Origin: Eledone cirrhosa
Lineage: Eukaryota
Assembly (NCBI GenBank): GCA_964016885.1
Contig: OZ024742.1
Location: forward strand, 241,800,001 to 241,864,000
Length of the DNA stretch: 64,000 nt
Direction: 5' to 3'
Part shown: piece after piece, positions 1-14,475 of the stretch
Layout: each line of letters starts with the position of its first letter
How positions within the stretch are numbered: the stretch's first letter is position 1
Program-made: the position numbers and the translations under genes
Notes under the pieces: model-generated
Database searches by the model: none
What the model saw: the letters and a program-made list of their open reading frames with translations, nothing else
What the model was told of the DNA's origin: nothing

Positions 1-439
1 ATATATTTTTATCTAGTTTCACTCTTGTGGGTAAGAACATGTCTCAGCCATCCTCCTTCCACGTCTATTAACTCGCGACAAAACTTAGCGGAAATCCATA
101 ATGAAGTATAGCTCTGATATCTTATATGATGCTGTCACAATAACTTAGACCGTGCCCAACTTTAAGAAGATAATGACGAGATGAAACAGGCCATGAAATC
201 AGTAATCAGAAATCTTAAATCTATGGCACACAGACATTCTGTTTTCTTACTCTCCGTTTTCAACGGCTATAATAATTGTTTCTATTATAAGCACAAGGCC
301 AACAATTCTTTCTGAACCATCCGATTCAGAAATTGAACTTACAATCTAAAGATTGTGAGCCCAACATACTAACCCCTGTGCCTCACGGCTTTACACACGC
401 CCCCCCCCCCCCCCACGCACACACACACAAACATATATA

Positions 440-1900
440 TGCAGAAAGTAAACAGAAATAACAATGCAAATGACACAGAACAATGAAACTAGTTTAACGC
501 TGGATATAGCAGGAAAAGTGTTTGAATGTTTCGGACACTAGTCCTTCATCACGAGATAGAATGAGAAATGAAGGATGAAATAGAAAGATAAAAAGGGAAA
601 GAAGAAGGAACGGAAACAAATTTATTTTTCTGATAAAAGAAAAGAAAACACGTATATATTCATTCAGTCAGACATTTATATACTCTTTTACCTGTTTCAG
701 CCATCCGGCTGAGGCCATGCTGGGGCACCATATATTTTAATGGTGTTTTGAGGAAAGGCTTTTGAATTTTGTTATAATTAATCAAAAACCTTCCATTTTT
801 AATTTTAAGTCCTATGTTTCTCAGGGGTTTTTTCGCTACCCACTACAATGCTCTTATTTTTGTTTGGTATCTAAAGGTTTTCTTGGAAATATGTCTTATA
901 ATGTCTTTATGTAATTCGACTCTCAATCCGCCTTTTCATTTTTTAATCGTTGTTTATTTGTTAACTTTGAAGACGGATAACGGTTTCTTTTCCTTTGTTC
1001 ATGTTTTGTAGATATTTCTATCAGTTTTACTTTATGCTTTATTTGTTATCTTTGAAATCCTCAATAGATAATTTATGATAATGTTCTAGTTACAGAATAC
1101 ATTTAGCTCTGTGCATTCCTGGTAAATATAATATTCTTGTATCGGCATCTGGACGATGTGCTCTAAATCTTATCCTTGTTTTTCTTGTTTTACTATTTAG
1201 TCTTACTAATTCATTTTACTTCCAGTTAATGCATTAGTATAACGTATTATTGGAACAGCTACAATATTGATACGCAATAACTTAATTTTTCCTAGTTTTA
1301 ACTAATTATTTAATGTATTTATAATATTTTCCCTGATATTTTCTTTTACCTGTGTGAACTGTACTATCTAATTTGTTAATTTCTAAGTATTTGAAAACCT
1401 GTGTTTCGCGTAGCTCTCTTGTCTCTGATTCATTATCTAAGATAACATTAGTGGTTTTAATTAATTTTTCTCACTTTAAGGTCGCCTTGACAGATTTTTA
1501 TAAACAAATTTCATGCCAGTTTCCAACATAGATTCTGCGTGATGTATATAACAAATTTTATAGTTGTTGTTCTTCTAAAGCATACATTTTGAGATATTAA
1601 CACATCCAGGAGTTGGCTGGTGTCCCATATCGTTTGAAACCGTATCAAAAGGGTTTAGCATTTTGATTGAAGGTGTTTTCATCAGTCAGAACGTGATTCC
1701 TCTTCTAATAGTGATGGGTTTATTTTTCATAACATATATTTGAATTATTTTTCATTTATTCCTGACATGTTTACTGTAACCACTTGTGAATGGTGTCATC
1801 TTAATTATTGCTTATGTTTCAAGAATGCAACAGTGCAAACATAGTTAAATCCTTTCTGCTAATTACTCTATCCCTTGCTCAGATCATTATTTCTTCCCTT
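440..1900 (-). mobile_element. Decayed Penelope-like retroelement (GIY-YIG region plus 3' pseudo-LTR with hammerhead)
   Basis: Minus strand at ~1150-1200 reads NSKTRKTRIRFRAHRPD, resembling the GIY-YIG G-x-T...R..H segment. Downstream (440-555) is a hammerhead-bearing end homologous to 52081-52205. Confidence 0.6.
520..555 (-). ncRNA. Type I hammerhead ribozyme motif, degenerate
   Basis: Reverse complement reads gUGAUGA-AGGAC-UAGU-GUCC-GAAAC. Core C3 is mutated; stem II GGAC/GUCC is intact. Confidence 0.65.
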
Positions 1901-2102
1901 ACTGACTTCAGTATGACTTGTAATTTAATTACAAAGTAAAGTTTAATCCCACCAGAGCCTTTGCAGGTCAAATTTAGTTGGTGTTTCAACTTTGAATTTA
2001 TTATTTCCCTGGTCAAGAAAATATTTACAAGTCAATGAAATCATTTAAACCGATACTAACCCTACTCTGAAATGTATCATCTTCTCCCTATAATACACAT
2101 CG

Positions 2103-2134
2103 CTACTACACCACCACTACTACCACTACTACCA

Positions 2135-2202
<68 letters not shown>
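2103..2202. repeat. (CTA)n/(CCA)n microsatellite
   Basis: Direct tandem triplets. Confidence 0.95.
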
Positions 2203-2203
<1 letters not shown>

Positions 2204-2380
2204 GTTTTGAAAGTATACATAAAAGATCAAATGATATAAGATATTGTAGATATGCATTATTCACGCCGTATAGTATCATAACTGGGAGCTACTCCACACT
2301 GACCAAAACCACGGTATGCATAAATTAGTGAAGATAGAGAGGAAGGGTGAAAAACAGAAATATATCGGAGCAAAGAGGTT

Positions 2381-2447
<67 letters not shown>

Positions 2448-2448
<1 letters not shown>

Positions 2449-2653
2449 TAGGAACAAGTAAGACCCCGACGGCTGAGCTCAAGCCGTTTCGACGGCTAAT
2501 TCTGGACTGAATTAGCCGTCGAGAATTAGCCGTCGAAACGGCTTGAGCTCAGCCGTCGGGGTCTTACTTGTTCCTATTACCCACTCTACTACCCCAAGTA
2601 TTGAGTACTTTGGTGCGTTATGGTCCACCTGGTTCCTTACCACTTTTCCTTCG

Positions 2654-2655
<2 letters not shown>
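2448..2655. mobile_element. Fold-back element containing the 3' half of a hammerhead
   Basis: Inverted arms ~2448-2504 and ~2522-2577. Contains GAAACGGC-TTGAGCTCA-GCCGTC (stem III plus GUC triplet). Flanked by (TA)n. Confidence 0.7.
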
Positions 2656-2685
<30 letters not shown>

Positions 2686-2693
<8 letters not shown>

Positions 2694-2860
2694 ATACTTG
2701 GGGAGGGTCATATTTGTGTAATATTGCCAGAATTAATAACCAAACCAAACAGTGAGTGTGTTCTGTTATTAATTCTGGCAATATTACACAAATATGACCC
2801 TCCCCAAGTATAACAATATTTGTTTCGACACACGATTTTATATAAAAAACATCGCAAAAC
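2686..2860. mobile_element. Fold-back element, same family as 53886-54190
   Basis: Arms 2686-2740 and 2765-2819. Shares ttgttatactt(g/t)gggagggtcat and the tail gtttc(g/a)acacacgattt with the 53.9-kb copy. Confidence 0.8.
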
Positions 2861-2882
2861 TATATATATATATATATAATGA

Positions 2883-3189
2883 ATAAAATAACAGGAGGCT
2901 GGACTGGTGTAAATCCTTGAAAAGTTTATTACACTATAATCATTCCAATGACCGGGTTCCGTATGAATCCGGTGATATCATCAGGTATATCATAGTATAA
3001 TAAACTTTCAAGGATTTAAACCAGTCCAGCGTCCTGTTATTTTATTTATAATAATTAACTCCGTATTCGCACCATCAACTACACAAACGAAGACGGGTGA
3101 ACTGCATTACGTTGAGTACTCTCCATAATATTGCATCAAGATTGACCATACGGAATGACCAATTCTATCCGGTGGTGAACCAACAAACC

Positions 3190-3193
<4 letters not shown>
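2883..3193 (-). mobile_element. Fold-back element with an internal degenerate hammerhead (2950-2984)
   Basis: Arms ~2883-2931 and ~2997-3046. Minus strand reads CUGAUGA-UAUCACCGGAUUCAUA-CGGAA-CCCGGUC. A tail and (TA)n follow. Confidence 0.7.
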
Positions 3194-3596
<403 letters not shown>

Positions 3597-3979
3597 ACAG
3601 AGTAACAGAGATAGACATGTGGCTATATATATAGTCAGAGAGAGGGGGTTGAGTGAGATGGGGGTGTGTGTGTGGTAGAGAGAGGGGGTGGGGAGAGAGA
3701 GAGAGAGAGAAAATGAAATTTTTTTTTATAATCTTTTTACAACTGTTTTCTCAAATACAAAAAAAAACGAGATGAAACAAATCTATATTAGTTTCAATGA
3801 TTTTCCGATCATAAAAGCAGAGTTTAGTTTTTTTTTTTATATGTCAGGGCATTCAGTAACACATTTTTAATAGTGGAAGTAATTAATGTTGCCATGGACT
3901 TGTAGTAAGAATACTCTTTTAGGTTAGTCATTAACCAATCAATACCCAGTCGCGATTGACTGAAGATAATCAGAGAGAA

Positions 3980-4337
3980 AATAATAATAATAATACTAAT
4001 TGTCTCTACTTTTGGCACAAGGCCAGCAATTACCCAGTACATTACTGGCACTTTATTTTATCGACCCCTTAAGGATGAAAGGCAAAGTTAACCTCGGCGG
4101 GATTTGAACTCAGACCATAAAGGGCCGTAACTCTTTGATGCAAAGCATGGCGTCCGACCCTCTACCGATACTGCCAATCCACCGCACATAATAATGATTT
4201 CTATTACAGGCACACGACCCCGTTAGGATAAAAGGCAAAGTTAACCTCAGCTGGCTTTGAACACAGAACGTATTGGGCCGTAGCTGTATGTCACAAATCA
4301 TAGTGTCCGACGCTCTACCAATACTGCCAAATCCATC
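3980..4337 (-). mobile_element. tRNA-derived SINE: full copy 3980-4185 plus an internally deleted copy
   Basis: Reverse complement has A-box TGGCAGTATCGG, B-box GAGTTCAAATCC, body ctttgcctttcatcc..ggggtcgataaaataaagtaccag and a (TAT)n tail. About 15 copies occur in the window. Confidence 0.9.
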
Positions 4338-4359
4338 TAATAATGATAATAATATTTAT

Positions 4360-5318
4360 CTGCCATAAATGCGCTTGCAATCCCAGTTGTCACCTACAGT
4401 TACAATATTATAAATTGGAACGTTAACGAAATTAAGAGAATGGACATCAAAATCAGGAAACTTTTGACCTGTAATAAAATACATCACCCAGAAGCAGAAG
4501 CGGATCACGTCCATCTATCTAGACAAAATGGAGGTGGAGGAATGATCCAGCTAGAGCTTTCATACAGGACATAAACGATTGGACTCAATCAGTACTTTAA
4601 AACCACGGATGACTGAATGATGAAAATGGTCACAGTTCACGAAAAGAAGAAGAGGTTATATTCAATCACTAAGGAAAGTTGGATCTTTGCAAAAGAACTA
4701 GGATTACATTTTGAAAATGATGGTGGTTCTGTAATTAAAGCCACAAAGAATATCAAGGTGTTGGAAAAATATGAAGGTCAACAAAGACTGTGTACTAAAT
4801 AGGAGCAAAAAGCACTGCATGGGTAGTATGTGCTCCGTAGCAAAGAACCTGATATAGATCAAGCCCTCCCCCATCAGTGGCTGTGCAGGTCTGGGTTAAA
4901 GGCAGCGAATGGGGGCGTCATTTTGGCTGCACATGACCAGTGTCTTCTAATGAGAAACTGTCAAGCCAATGTGATCAGAAATGGATTTGACCTAGACTGT
5001 CGATTCTGTAATGACCTTGTTGAGCCCAATGGCCACCTGGTTTCTGGCTACAGGATATTAGAACTCCAGGGATATGAAACGAGGCATGATAGAGTGGAGC
5101 AATACTTACACTGGGTAACTTGCAGTTTTTATGACCTAAAAACGGAGGGGAAATGGTACAACCATCACCCAAATCCAGTAACAGGAGTTGAGAACGTGAC
5201 AATCCTCTGGGATTTTCCTGTGAATACTGATAGAACAATTAAGGGATTAACAGACCTGATATAATTGTGAAGGACCATCAAGAGAAAACATGTTTCTTAA
5301 TTCACGTGAGCATTCCGT
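4360..5318 (+). mobile_element. R4/Dong-like RLE non-LTR retrotransposon, 3' remnant
   Basis: AINALAIPVVTYSYNIINW...HHPEA..LSRQNGGGG (RT thumb), CRFC..E..HLVSG zinc knuckle, RHD, ILWDFPVNTDRTI..RPDII (PD-D/E nuclease). Interrupted by stops and frameshifts. Confidence 0.85.
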
Positions 5319-5859
5319 TTATACACACACACACATATATATATGTGTGTGTGTGTGTGTTTAAGTGTATTAACTGAAAACAATATATTCAGTAGTTTCA
5401 CCAAATAGAACATCGTTGATTATATAAGTGTCGAAGATAGCATATTTTCTTTGTTAAAGAAAACACATAATAAGTCCTTACGTTAGTTAAAGAAATCATC
5501 TTGAAATATCAAAGGAACTTCCTGCATAGTACACGTAATCAGACTATATTTAACATCAACTGTGACCCATCTAACAAAGGCAGGGCAAGGTTTAACATTA
5601 TATCATTTGCTTTATAAGCTAGGTGATCTAAGACACCTTTTTCTTGCCTTCTCATTATAATTTTATGAACTCTCCTTGTCTTTCTTTATTCGAAGATTTT
5701 GAAATTTTTGTACAAATAAAACTCTGCTTTCTAAAAAATAAAACAACGATTTATAGCGGGAAATTAAATATACTCGACGGGCTTCTGCTCAGTCACCATC
5801 TAACAAATTTTCATCCCAAGGTGTTCATCAAAACGGGGTTATAGTAGCAGGCAATCACT

Positions 5860-5922
5860 TAAGGTGCCACGCAGTGCGATTGAACACAACATTGCATAGT
5901 TGGGAAGCGAACGTCTTTATTA
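5860..5922 (-). mobile_element. Head fragment of a second octopus-type tRNA SINE
   Basis: aggtgccacgcagtgcgattgaac...gttgggaagcgaac matches my recollection of an abundant Octopus SINE head. A 3' fragment of the same family is at ~683-730. Confidence 0.5.
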
Positions 5923-6298
5923 CACACAAACAGACAGATATACACGGAGACACACATACACACATACACATACACACACACACACACGGAGACAAACTCA
6001 CACACGGTCACACACACAGAGACGCACAAACACGCACACAGACATGATCACACAATCAAACGGGCACACAGACACACACACACACAAACACACACACACT
6101 CACTCACACACACACACACACACACACATACGGGCACACACTCACACGGAGACTCTCACACACACACTCACTCACATTCAAACATACACATACACCAGCA
6201 TACACATACACACACTTCCTCATCTTTAAAAGTGCCTCATCTCTCAGCTAACCACAATTACGTAACTCATGTCGAAACAATTATTCATATTTATTATA

Positions 6299-6349
<51 letters not shown>

Positions 6350-6451
6350 CATTATGACATTCTTCCTTAAATAACCATCTGTTACTTATAATATGACTCC
6401 TTCAAACCTACCATTTCTAGCTAGTGTTTTTTCTTTAACTGTTCTTTATAA

Positions 6452-7205
6452 TCCACCACCACCACCACCACTATCACCACCACTACCACCACCACCACCA
6501 TCACCACCACTACCACTACCACTACCACTACAACCACCACCACCACCACCACCACCACCACCACCACCACCACCACCACTACAACCACCACCACCACTAC
6601 AACTAACACCATCACCACCACTACAACCACCACCACCACTACAACTAACACCACCACCACAACTAACACCACCACTACAACCACCAGCACCACCACCACC
6701 AGCACCACCACCAGCACCACCACCACCACCACAACAAACACCACCACCACCACTACAGCCACCACCACCACCACAACTAACAGCATCACCACCACCACCA
6801 CCACCACCACAACTAACACCACCACCACCACCACAACTAACACCACCACAAACTCCTTCACTTGCTCCTTCCTTGATCCTTCTCCCCCTCTTCCTCCTCC
6901 ACTCCACCACCTATTCCATCACCTCCTCCCCCTCCCCCTCCGCCTCCCATCCCCATCTTCCTACTCCCAATCCCCCTCTCATATTTCTTCTTCTTCTTCT
7001 TCTTCTTCTTCTTCTTCTTCTTCTTCTTCTTCTTCTCCCCCACCCTCGACCCCCACTTCCACCTCTTCCACTTTCTCCTCCTTCTATTCCTAAAGATCGT
7101 CACCTCAAACCTCCTACCATATTCACTCGCTCCCTCCCTTCTCCTTCTCCACCTCCACCACCTCTTAATCACCATCACCATCACCATCACCATCATCATC
7201 ACCAT
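6452..7205. repeat. (CCA)n-derived minisatellite with (CTT)n and (CAT)n tracts
   Basis: ccaccaccacaactaaca-type units generate the spurious poly-Pro ORF. Confidence 0.9.
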
Positions 7206-7515
7206 ATTAACCGTTTCGTGACATTCATTTTATTTCTGATGTGTGTTGAAGACTGTATGGTAATGTAACTGTTTATGATGATGTCAAGTCTGGGCTGACA
7301 TTTTCTAAATTTTTAGCTTTGGAAATCAACATCAACGACAACAACAAGATCGATTACGGTAACCATAATTGCAATGGTGATAGGTGTAACGATAAAATAT
7401 CGTTTATGTTAAAAACAATAGTTATGACACAGCAGAATATAAGTGGTGTCGCTATCACTTAATTTGTTTTCGCCTCCATTTTATCGTTACATAAATTTAA
7501 CTGAGGAGATACATG

Positions 7516-7813
7516 AATAATTGTTTCTACTTTTGGCACAAGGCCAGCAAATTACCCAGTGCATTACCGGTACTTTATTTCATCGACCCCGTAAGGATGA
7601 AAGGCAAAGTTAACCACGTCGGGGAATAATATAGTATCGGTAGAGGGTCAGACGCCGCCATGCTTTGCAGCACAGTTACGTCCCTTTACGAACTGAGTTC
7701 AAATCCCGCCGAGGTTAACTTTGCTTTTCATCCTTACAGGGTCGATAAAATAAAGTACCAGTAATGTACTGGGTGTTTGCTGGCCTTGTGGCAAACGTAG
7801 AAACAATTATTAA
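7516..7813. mobile_element. Two tRNA-SINE copies in inverted (head-to-head) orientation
   Basis: 7516-7625 is a minus-strand 3' part; 7632-7813 is a plus-strand copy with B-box gagttcaaatcc. Confidence 0.85.
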
Positions 7814-7993
7814 TGATAATCTATCGCCTTTCATTCCTTTTGACTCATTCCAGCTTCATTATTCCAGCTTCATTATTCCAGCTTCATTATTCTCTCCCTG
7901 TTCATTCTACATTCGTGCGCCCTCAAATTTACACGCATACAATCACACATAGGCACACGCATAAACGCGCATATATATGTTTGTGTGTGAGTG

Positions 7994-9360
<1,367 letters not shown>

Positions 9361-10520
9361 ACAGGAGGGTACAGTTGCATAAAAGACGTATCTAATTAGA
9401 GGGTGTTGACTTTAACACCCCCTTTCTGAACAAATTAAAGAAAACTTTTATTCGTTTCGTGCTACTTTTTATTTATTTACTTTCCACACTATTTTAACAT
9501 GCCTGCCTCTTTACATTTTACTTTGCGTTGCGTTTATATATCCATCCGTCATATTCCTCTATATCAGAAGAACTCATTTGACCTGAAGTAGCAGCGAGCC
9601 GGAACAGACTACAGACAAGTAGAATGAGTAAGCCATATATCTTTTTATAAGATAGGTTAACCGGGTTTTATTATTATTATTTTTCTTATTTACTCTTTCT
9701 GAAACTACTGCAGGAGGTGGGGTGCTTGTTTATAGAATTTTCCCTTTTTTTTTTCTTACTATATTTCTTATGAGTCATTTCACATCATATTTGCATTTTG
9801 CATCTCGGTGCACACCCATCTTGGTAAGTATTAAATATTTATGTCCGCGCTATTTAGTTCTTATATGAATTTCTGTGTGTGCCAGAATCTATCCGGGTTA
9901 CTCCCACCATAAAAGCAAAACGAAAATTAGTAATAGTAATAATATATAAATAAATCTAAAAAGAATGAGGGATGCAAAAGAGTAAAGACAGAGTAAATAT
10001 CATTATAGCATTGCCAGTAAATTGTTAGAATTAACGACTAACCAATATAGTATTGCCAGAACTAATTTTATTGACTAAGAAGAAAGATAGATATTTTCGC
10101 CGAAATACAGATTTGAATATTTGTACAGTTTATCGGCGGGATGGATTCGAAAATTCCTCTTGAAGTGCTCTCTTCGATTTTTGCCAATTCTAATGGCGAT
10201 AAGTTGCGTATTCTACATTTTTGCTCCCCTAGAGAAATCGGACAAAGCGTCTCTATGTATGAGATCAATATGACTAGTTAGACGAAGAGATGCTGATACA
10301 GCCCTAATCTAACTACAATGTAGTAATTATTTTAGTCCTCCTATGTTCCGGATTCTACTTTGCTCGACATCTGTAAAAGAAAAAAATTATATATTATGTT
10401 GATTTCTATTCTAGACATTTCTCTGTGGCTTCTCATGAATTATCAATGTCATCTTTTGGCTCAACAAACATATACTGAACACACACACACACACACACAT
10501 ACAGACACACGAACACACAC

Positions 10521-10653
<133 letters not shown>

Positions 10654-10705
10654 ATCATATCTGGGAAAAGGCAAACAAGATAAGAAAAACTCAGTACTTA
10701 CTTAA

Positions 10706-10780
10706 AGTCCCTACAGCAGTTTCATTGAGAAAATAATAATACCGCGAGTATTGCCAGAAATCTCAAATCATCAGGCGACT
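10706..10780 (-). ncRNA. Type I hammerhead ribozyme with intact core
   Basis: AGUCGC-CUGAUGA-UUUGAGA..AAUAC-UCGCG-GUAUU..UCUCAAU-GAAA-CUGCUG-UA-GGGACU. Stems I, II and III can all form. Confidence 0.75.
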
Positions 10781-12318
10781 TTCTTAGTCAAGAAAATCAA
10801 TTCAAGACAGAAAAAGTCTTCCTTGTTCAAATGGAAGAAATATCACGTAATTGGAGGGTTGTAAGGTGGACATTGGCAAGTCTGATTTGGCCAGATTTTG
10901 ACTCTACCATATGGGAGTGTATTACAAATTAATTGAAGAATATATATATTTTTACACATCATGTACCAGCGAAACAGTCATGACATGGATATAGATGTTG
11001 CTAAACAGGCTTGCGATTTTTCCTCGCTTTAGAATCATAAAGGGAGATTTATCCTGGCTAGACGCCTTCAAGAATGTCGCTATCTGGTCAATGTTTTTCT
11101 TCACATCATTTATTTTCTAGGCATACACTTTCAGACCTTCCAGAAAAAGCTACGTGTTATGTTAGGATTTCTGGCCTCCTGTAAATCAATAACCTGTCCT
11201 TTATATTTCTTCAGCATAAAGAGCAAGGGTTTACCGACATTATAAATATCATTACTGAGAGACTGTCTTGCGATACTCTATTCTATCAGTAATAATACAG
11301 TTCTTCCCTGTATTTCGCTTCAAGAGAGGGGACCACGCCCACACAACCCAATATAATCTATTTTTGTATTTTACTTATTTTCGTCTCCCCTTTTGCCCTA
11401 TAAACCTTATTTGTATGGTTTCATTTCACCCCAGCACCGACACATTTTAATTGACAAACACCTAACCACACACATGCGAATGCACACACACTCTCACACG
11501 CACGCACACATACACGCAATCCAACACACAACCCAACTCACGTATAATACAAATATATATCTAGAAGCCACGCATTCATTGATGAAGCTATATACTGTAT
11601 CGGTTAAAACTGAAGAAGGCTAAAAGTCACAGTTTACTTGTAGATCAATTTCACTTCCAATATAAACACATTTATCTCAAAACATAAATCTTCGTTCATT
11701 TTCCTTTCTGCTTAAGGAATCTGCTATCGCTATGTCAGTTATTCGACTTGCTAGGCCGAAGTGGTCGAGTTCCTTTGCAGTCATTGATGGTCAGATGTAG
11801 AACAACTAGTGTATTATAATAGTGGACTTTGATATCGACTTCAGAAAGACAATAGAAAGTTTGGCAGGGACTTGTTTTAATTAAGAGTGTTTTGATTTAT
11901 TTTAGCTAGGATATGGAGTAGCGTCAACTGTCAACTTTCTCATGATATACGAACGTCACTTAATCATTTATATCATATAAAACTATGTAAATATAGTACA
12001 GAGAGGTGGAACGGATAATAGAAAGGGAATAAAAACGTATGAGTGTAATGGAAGATAAGAAGTTACAGGGAGGAAAGAATGAAACAAAATGATATGTAGA
12101 AAAAAGATTTAGATAGGTAGAGAATTATGGGTAGTAAAGTATAGATATTATAAAATGATATCGGGAACAAGGTCATGAGATTAGCAGACAAACATCAGAA
12201 AAGAATGCAAAAATAAAGAAAAGTATATATATATATATATACACACACACACATATATATATATATACATATATATAGGTATGTATATATGTATATATAT
12301 ATATATATACACATATAT

Positions 12319-12373
<55 letters not shown>

Positions 12374-12455
12374 TATATACATATATACATACATATATAT
12401 ATACATATATACATACATATATATATATATATATATACATACATATATATATATG

Positions 12456-12487
<32 letters not shown>

Positions 12488-12565
12488 TATGTATATGTAT
12501 ATGTATATATATATATATGTATGTATACACACACATATATATATATATGTATACACACACACACA

Positions 12566-12619
<54 letters not shown>

Positions 12620-13033
12620 GGAAAAGACGTAAAAAGAAGGAAGGAAAGAAAAAAGGGAGAATTAAAAAGGGGCACTTAAGGAGATAGGGGTAAAAACAAA
12701 AACAAAAACAAAAACAAAAGAAAGAAAACGAAAAAAATACACACAAAACTTAATCTCACCACTTATTACCTGGTAATCAACTGGGCACTCATTTCATTAT
12801 TGATTTATCTATCTTCGGTCTTCGCCTAAGTCTGGCATGATTACATATCTAAAGGTAGCTTCGACCCCAATGGACGATCGATTCTATTATGAGTCAGATT
12901 ACGCAAGGAACAGAGTATATGGATGTATAGACAAACATGCTTATCGCATGTAAATAATGGCCCTAGCATTTACGTACATATATTTGTGTTATACACACAG
13001 ACACACACACATATATATGTACTCACACATAGT

Positions 13034-13067
<34 letters not shown>

Positions 13068-13514
13068 AATAAATAAATAAATATAATATGTATGTATGTA
13101 TATATATATATGTATGTATATATATATATGTATGTATCTATCTAGAACAAACATCACCATAAACCACGAGCACCACTACCAACCATCACCACCATCATCA
13201 ACTACAGCCAACCTTCACCATCGTCAACAACTGCATCCAACCATTACCGCCATCAACAACTGCAGTCAACCATCAACACCACTAACTACTAGACGCCAAC
13301 TCCATCACCGCCATCAACCACTACACCCAACCACCACCACTACTAGCGACTAGACACCATGTATTGAGTCCGTAATTGGAATATTATCATTTGCTTGTTT
13401 GTGTGTAGGCATCCATATGTATATGTATGTATATATATACATGTGTATGTATGTGTGTAGACAGGCATATATGTCTGTGTGTATGTATGTATATAAATAT
13501 ATATATGTCTATGC

Positions 13515-14105
13515 TGGTGCTACTGGTAACATGCATCCCAGTACAACCTGTTCCATGGTCGGGTCGTTGGCGACTAAACTGGCAACCCCACCAAGGTTTC
13601 TTGGTGAGGAGGGTGACTTTGGACATCCTGCAGGACTAAAAACAAAACCTGTCAAAGGGCAAAGGAGCTCTTAAGAGTCAATGGCCATCCAAAATCACCG
13701 GGAGAGATGACCCCTTAGCCTTTGTCAAGGCAGAATTCTAGGAGAAGGAAAACTCTGATATAACACCTGCAACCCTGATGGTATCCAATGATGTTGACTT
13801 GTTTTTCTTTTTGGTAAATATCATCTTGGTTAAGAGAGTGGGACTGGCTTTGTGCAGTGCCTTTGCTCACTATAAAAGCTTCACGGCACAGGCATTGCTT
13901 TATATGTGGAGATCTCTCTGCACTTGTCGTCACATGGTACCATGGGTCCAGCACTATGTGTAAATAATTGTCACAAGTGTAGTGTTTGTACCAGAGTTTT
14001 CAAGACGCTGGCTGGACTAAAAAGTCACACTCGTTCAGCGCATCGGTAGGGGTTCTCCATGGATATAAAGTAGTGGCCGTACTCGAAAATGAGTTGGCAG
14101 CCACC
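13515..14105 (+). mobile_element. Non-autonomous RTE-derived bipartite element, copy 1
   Basis: RTE 5'UTR-like motif ctaggagaaggaaaactctga. The 3' part encodes the terminal C2H2 finger CSVCTRVFKTLAGLKSHTRSAHR* (13969-14049). Ends gttggcagccacc. Near-identical copies at 25.5 and 26.2 kb. Confidence 0.75.
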
Positions 14106-14292
14106 ATGTATCTATGTACGTATGTATGTTTATATATATGTATGTATTTATTTTTGTCGATAGGTATGTATATATGTATACATGTATGTATATATATAGA
14201 TGTATAAACACACACATACATATTCACATATATATAGGTATATATATATATATGGATCTATGTAGACAGAGACACACACACACACACACACA

Positions 14293-14355
<63 letters not shown>

Positions 14356-14362
14356 ACACACA

Positions 14363-14432
<70 letters not shown>

Positions 14433-14475
14433 CAGGGTGTGGCCCAAAAATGTATACACACTTCGACAGTATTCT

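Noticed and set aside
3980-4185. A/B-box sequences as tRNA genes
   Set aside because: No cloverleaf, and they are always attached to the SINE body and tail.
6393-7268. 291-aa proline-rich (extensin/formin-like) ORF
   Set aside because: It is composed of CCA, CTT and CAT microsatellites, open on both strands, with no domain or splice context.
11609-11635. ctgaagaaggctaaaagtc as a hammerhead
   Set aside because: No GAAA box follows. At best it is an unrecognisable relic.
13715-13963. Recurrent ORFs MVSNDVDLFFF.../MLDPWYHV... as a small gene family
   Set aside because: They recur only because the RTE-derived repeat is present three times. The meaningful frame is the terminal zinc finger.
14431-14470. 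tacagggtg.. Tc1/mariner-like TIR
   Set aside because: Only one end is seen, with no partner TIR or transposase.
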